61,287 nucleotides of DNA. It comes from a virus. Taxonomy: Duplodnaviria; Caudoviricetes. The stretch is from positions 1 through 61,287 of IMG/VR virus record IMGVR_UViG_3300050014_000138; one strand, 5' to 3'. Under the pieces are notes generated by a model. That model was not told where the DNA came from. It saw only the letters and a program-made list of their open reading frames with translations, and made no database searches. Positions 58,284-61,287 of the stretch are shown here, piece after piece. The translations under genes and the position numbers were made by a program. The number at the start of each line of letters is the position of its first letter. Position 1 is the first letter of the stretch.

Positions 58284-59034
58284 TACATCTTCTGTTCCAG
58301 AAGTTCCTTTAAGTTTAAGTCATAGTATAGTTGGTAATGATCGTATAGTTGCTGTTCTCTATAAAAAAGTAGAGGAGATGGAAAAGAAAATTTACGATAT
58401 AGAAACTAAAAAGATATTAGATGAAACACAACTTCCTGTAGAATTATTAGAACAAAATGGTCTTTTACCTCAACGAAGAACAAAACTAAAATGTGGTTCG
58501 GGATATAGACCATTACTCCAAAGTGAAATAGAAGAAGCAAAGACACATTCAGTTTTTGCGGCGGCACAAGCAAGATATCTTGGTGTATCACATGAAACAT
58601 ATAAAAAATATGCTAAGATGTATGGAATATATGAACCGAGACCTAATGAAAAGGGAAAACGAAATTTATATAGTCCTTCAAGAGGAAAATATCCATTAGA
58701 AAGAATTTTAAGTGGTGAATTTAATGGAAACCCCGCTGTAACTAATTGGATGGTAAGAGATAAAGTTATTAGAGGTAATATATTTCCGCCTAAATGTAAT
58801 ATATGTGGGTATGATAAAAGAAGAATTGGAGATAATAAAATATGCATATTATTGGATCATAAAGACGGTAATACAAGTAATTTTATAAAAGATAATTTAC
58901 AATTGTTATGTTTAAATTGCACATTTGAATGTGGTAGAGGGTATATACGGAGAGGGAATCATATGTATGATTTAGACCCAGATGTAATTGAAGGTAATAT
59001 AGAACGTGATATAGATAAACGAGCTAGATACTAA
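58258..59034 (+). CDS. HTH + HNH endonuclease
   Basis: ARYLGVS..TYKKY HTH; CNICG, LDHKDG...N....NLQLLCLNC. Confidence 0.8.
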   Translation: MDEIPQTLNTSSVPEVPLSLSHSIVGNDRIVAVLYKKVEEMEKKIYDIETKKILDETQLPVELLEQNGLLPQRRTKLKCGSGYRPLLQSEIEEAKTHSVFAAAQARYLGVSHETYKKYAKMYGIYEPRPNEKGKRNLYSPSRGKYPLERILSGEFNGNPAVTNWMVRDKVIRGNIFPPKCNICGYDKRRIGDNKICILLDHKDGNTSNFIKDNLQLLCLNCTFECGRGYIRRGNHMYDLDPDVIEGNIERDIDKRARY

Positions 59035-59045
59035 TATTTATACAT

Positions 59046-59519
59046 ATGAACAATAAACCAATCCATATATTAAACCAGATGGGCGTAATGTCTTCTTTCT
59101 CTGTAGCTAAAAAAGTCACCGATCAAGACATTAATAAGTTTTTTAAAATTCATAAAAAATTAGGTGAAAAAAACTCTAAAATAGAAAAATTATTAAAAGA
59201 ACGTATTATTAAAGATATAGAAAAAGCTATAATGAGTAATGAAATTCCTGGATTATTAAGTACCCAAGAATTGTCAGATGAGATGGGAGTAGATAAAGAT
59301 GTTGTTTTAAATATTCCATATATAAACAAATTGATTGTTGTTATAGTTCATAAACTGGTGGAGAAAAAATATGATAAAACATCTTTATGTTATTTTATAA
59401 ATGGATTGGTTAATGTCCTTGGATTAACCGAAGAGGATTTTGAAAAAATAAATCCTGAAGACAAAGATAATGAAGATGGTGATGAAGATGGTGATGAAGA
59501 TGGTGGCGAGTATAAATAA
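59046..59519 (+). CDS. Hypothetical protein with acidic EDGD-repeat tail
   Basis: 157 aa; 12-bp tandem repeat at 59471-59505. Confidence 0.6.
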   Translation: MNNKPIHILNQMGVMSSFSVAKKVTDQDINKFFKIHKKLGEKNSKIEKLLKERIIKDIEKAIMSNEIPGLLSTQELSDEMGVDKDVVLNIPYINKLIVVIVHKLVEKKYDKTSLCYFINGLVNVLGLTEEDFEKINPEDKDNEDGDEDGDEDGGEYK

Positions 59520-59543
59520 TCAACCCCACCGAAGTGGGGTTGA
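59520..59543. terminator. Intrinsic terminator between convergent genes
   Basis: TCAACCCCAC-CGAA-GTGGGGTTGA 10-bp stem; on the minus strand the loop is the extra-stable cUUCGg followed by UUAUUU. Confidence 0.85.
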
Positions 59544-59556
59544 CAATTGTTTTGAT

Positions 59557-60183
59557 TTATTTATTCTTTGATAAGAAATGACGCCAATCTTGGTGTCTAG
59601 CTTTTCTAATTGTATGACTTACTAATACTGGTTTTGGGGTATAAGGATTAAATAATAGTTTTAATCCAGCCTCGGAATTTAATTTATTACCCTTTTTATT
59701 GTTAATTTCCTTAGTAGTCAATACAACGTTATCATAAGTGTCGGTTCCACCACGAGACAGTGGAATAACATGATCTTTGGTTGCTTCCTCAAATTTCAAC
59801 TCGTCTCCAGTGTAAGCATCAATTAGATGATCTCGAATTGCCAAACCTTCCGTAGTAGGCTTTCCTCTGAACTTTTTCTCAGGAATCTTGGCATAATTTT
59901 TAGATATAACAACCGTTGGTACTCGTATGTTAAGACGTGGGGAATTAATATTCAAATCCCAATCTCTTACGGGCAAGTTAATCCACGTATCCCAATCAAC
60001 TGGGTTAACATATTCTTGAACATCAAAGTTTGGAGTGCCATCTTTGTTCATGGCATATACAATGTCCATTGATAAAATGACTCCATTCATTAAGTCACAT
60101 ATTGCCTTGGACACCAAATCCACTCCAACTGGATGCCAGTTTTTATTAAGTTTAAGTACAATCGCTTTCTGTGATATATTCAT
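59557..60183 (-). CDS. HNH endonuclease (McrA-like, without Zn-binding Cys)
   Basis: VL.LN..W.P, RVPTV, RD...AYTG, DHVIPLSRGG....N.V.....N.KK. Confidence 0.85.
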   Translation of the reverse strand: MNISQKAIVLKLNKNWHPVGVDLVSKAICDLMNGVILSMDIVYAMNKDGTPNFDVQEYVNPVDWDTWINLPVRDWDLNINSPRLNIRVPTVVISKNYAKIPEKKFRGKPTTEGLAIRDHLIDAYTGDELKFEEATKDHVIPLSRGGTDTYDNVVLTTKEINNKKGNKLNSEAGLKLLFNPYTPKPVLVSHTIRKARHQDWRHFLSKNK

Positions 60184-60188
60184 ACGTT

Positions 60189-60443
60189 CTATATTACGCA
60201 CTTTTTAGACATTGTCAAGAATGAGGATATAAAAAGTTCTGAGATTTCATCATTCTTATCAAGTATTTTTATTTGCTTACATTTGGATATATATTCATAG
60301 GGTATTATGCGAATGTCTTCATCACACATACATCTAAATCCTACATATCCATCTCTTATTCTAAGAGGTATATTACATATATTACATATAGGTATTTTCA
60401 TAGCATCAATAACTATTTTACAGTTATTGACACTTATAATCAA
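60189..60443 (-). CDS. Small Zn-ribbon-like hypothetical protein
   Basis: CNIC...CMC; start uncertain. Confidence 0.35.
   Translation of the reverse strand: MIISVNNCKIVIDAMKIPICNICNIPLRIRDGYVGFRCMCDEDIRIIPYEYISKCKQIKILDKNDEISELFISSFLTMSKKCVI
60191..60218 (-). promoter_or_regulatory. sigma70-like promoter for the HNH gene
   Basis: TTGACA-16-TAATAT, 7 nt before ATG 60183. Confidence 0.5.
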
Positions 60444-60495
60444 TACATATAATGTTACATATATGACACAATACTATGGATTTGTAACCCGTTTG

Positions 60496-61287
60496 TCACA
60501 AATCTTTGTAATTTCCAAATGTTAATTTGGTTCCATTCCATACTGCCCAATGCATGTTTCCCCAAACATCAATATCAATATTACATGATTGTTTTGTATC
60601 ATCCAATTGTTCTATGGTTGGGCACCATTCTATAGCTGGATCATGTTTTATTTTTCCATCAAAACATGTTCCATTCATTTCAGGAATACGACACCATTTT
60701 ACTTGTCTCTGTTGAGCCGTATGTCCTACGATTTGGTTAATTCCTTTAATTGGATAAAACTCTTGTAAAAAGTCGCACCATGTAATTCCACCGAATGCTT
60801 GACCTCCCCCACGAGAGAATCCTGCATTGAATACCCAAGAAGATTTTCCTTGAGCACCCATTTTCAACCCTGTCCGAATTTCATTATCAAGCCAATCATT
60901 AATTTTTTCAATAACTACTTTTCGGTCATCCATAAAACTATGAATTCTTTTTGGAACATTTGAATTATGTAATCCTCCGTGGGTTAATAACCAACGGTTA
61001 TCAAGAAAATGATACCATTTAAGTTTATCCCATACTTTTTGATCAACCATATCACGGATAATAAAATATTTCCATTGTGCAAATCCACTGCATTGAAATG
61101 TCCTATAAGGATACATGTATTGAATATCGTGATTTCCTCCGATAAAAATATGATTGGGAGTATTTACAAAATTTATCAACCATTCACACGTATGTTTGAC
61201 CATATCTGGTGTATCGTCAAAATCGTCGAATGCGTCTCCAAGGCAGATTACTTCATCTGCCCCAACATTTCGAATAATTTTATCCAC
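60496..61287 (-). CDS. Calcineurin-like metallophosphoesterase (5' truncated)
   Basis: LGD.FD, GNHD, THGG, VGHT. Confidence 0.88.
   Translation of the reverse strand: MDKIIRNVGADEVICLGDAFDDFDDTPDMVKHTCEWLINFVNTPNHIFIGGNHDIQYMYPYRTFQCSGFAQWKYFIIRDMVDQKVWDKLKWYHFLDNRWLLTHGGLHNSNVPKRIHSFMDDRKVVIEKINDWLDNEIRTGLKMGAQGKSSWVFNAGFSRGGGQAFGGITWCDFLQEFYPIKGINQIVGHTAQQRQVKWCRIPEMNGTCFDGKIKHDPAIEWCPTIEQLDDTKQSCNIDIDVWGNMHWAVWNGTKLTFGNYKDL

Noticed and set aside
59471-59505. 12-bp tandem repeat
   Set aside because: Simple coding repeat (EDGD) in an acidic tail; no functional signal.
933-60715. Many short antisense or alternate-frame ORFs in the ORF track (e.g. 933-1130, 18092-18433, 30185-30547, 58470-58847)
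   Set aside because: Shadows of longer motif-bearing genes, with no RBS, coupling or motifs.
1-61287. tRNA, rRNA or structured ncRNA genes
   Set aside because: Intergenic gaps are short and AT-rich; no cloverleaf or T-loop consensus was seen by eye. tRNAscan/Infernal would be decisive.

Overview
AT-rich, gene-dense segment of a large T4-like (jumbo/'huge'-type) dsDNA bacteriophage genome, read with the standard bacterial code. No rRNA, tRNA or CRISPR array is visible. It carries a replication and nucleotide module: family B DNA polymerase, putative sliding clamp, gp44-like and gp62-like clamp-loader subunits, SF2 helicase, Cas4/RecB-like nuclease, dNMP kinase, dUTPase and a nucleoside deoxyribosyltransferase-like protein. 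It also has a MoxR-AAA/VWA pair, about eight free-standing endonucleases, and two large glycan-tailoring islands (about 19 glycosyltransferase-like loci, 8 SAM methyltransferases, an epimerase, a HAD-nucleotidyltransferase and a radical SAM enzyme). The main signal is two genes fractured by inserted endonucleases and apparently rescued in different ways. The clamp-loader ATPase is split into two ORFs joined by a naturally split intein at Walker B (DE|C). A GT2 glycosyltransferase is split with no intein and no room for an intron. In both loci the endonuclease 3' end supplies the same AGGA-7nt-ATG ribosome-binding geometry for the downstream half. Other leads are a Tat-like signal fused to a lone tail-sheath-like domain, an endonuclease cassette flanked by a duplicated helicase C-terminus, a recurrent TAT(T/G)TAT pre-start motif, and a 16-bp inverted repeat covering a start codon. 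All family calls come from motif recognition by eye; no database searches were run.
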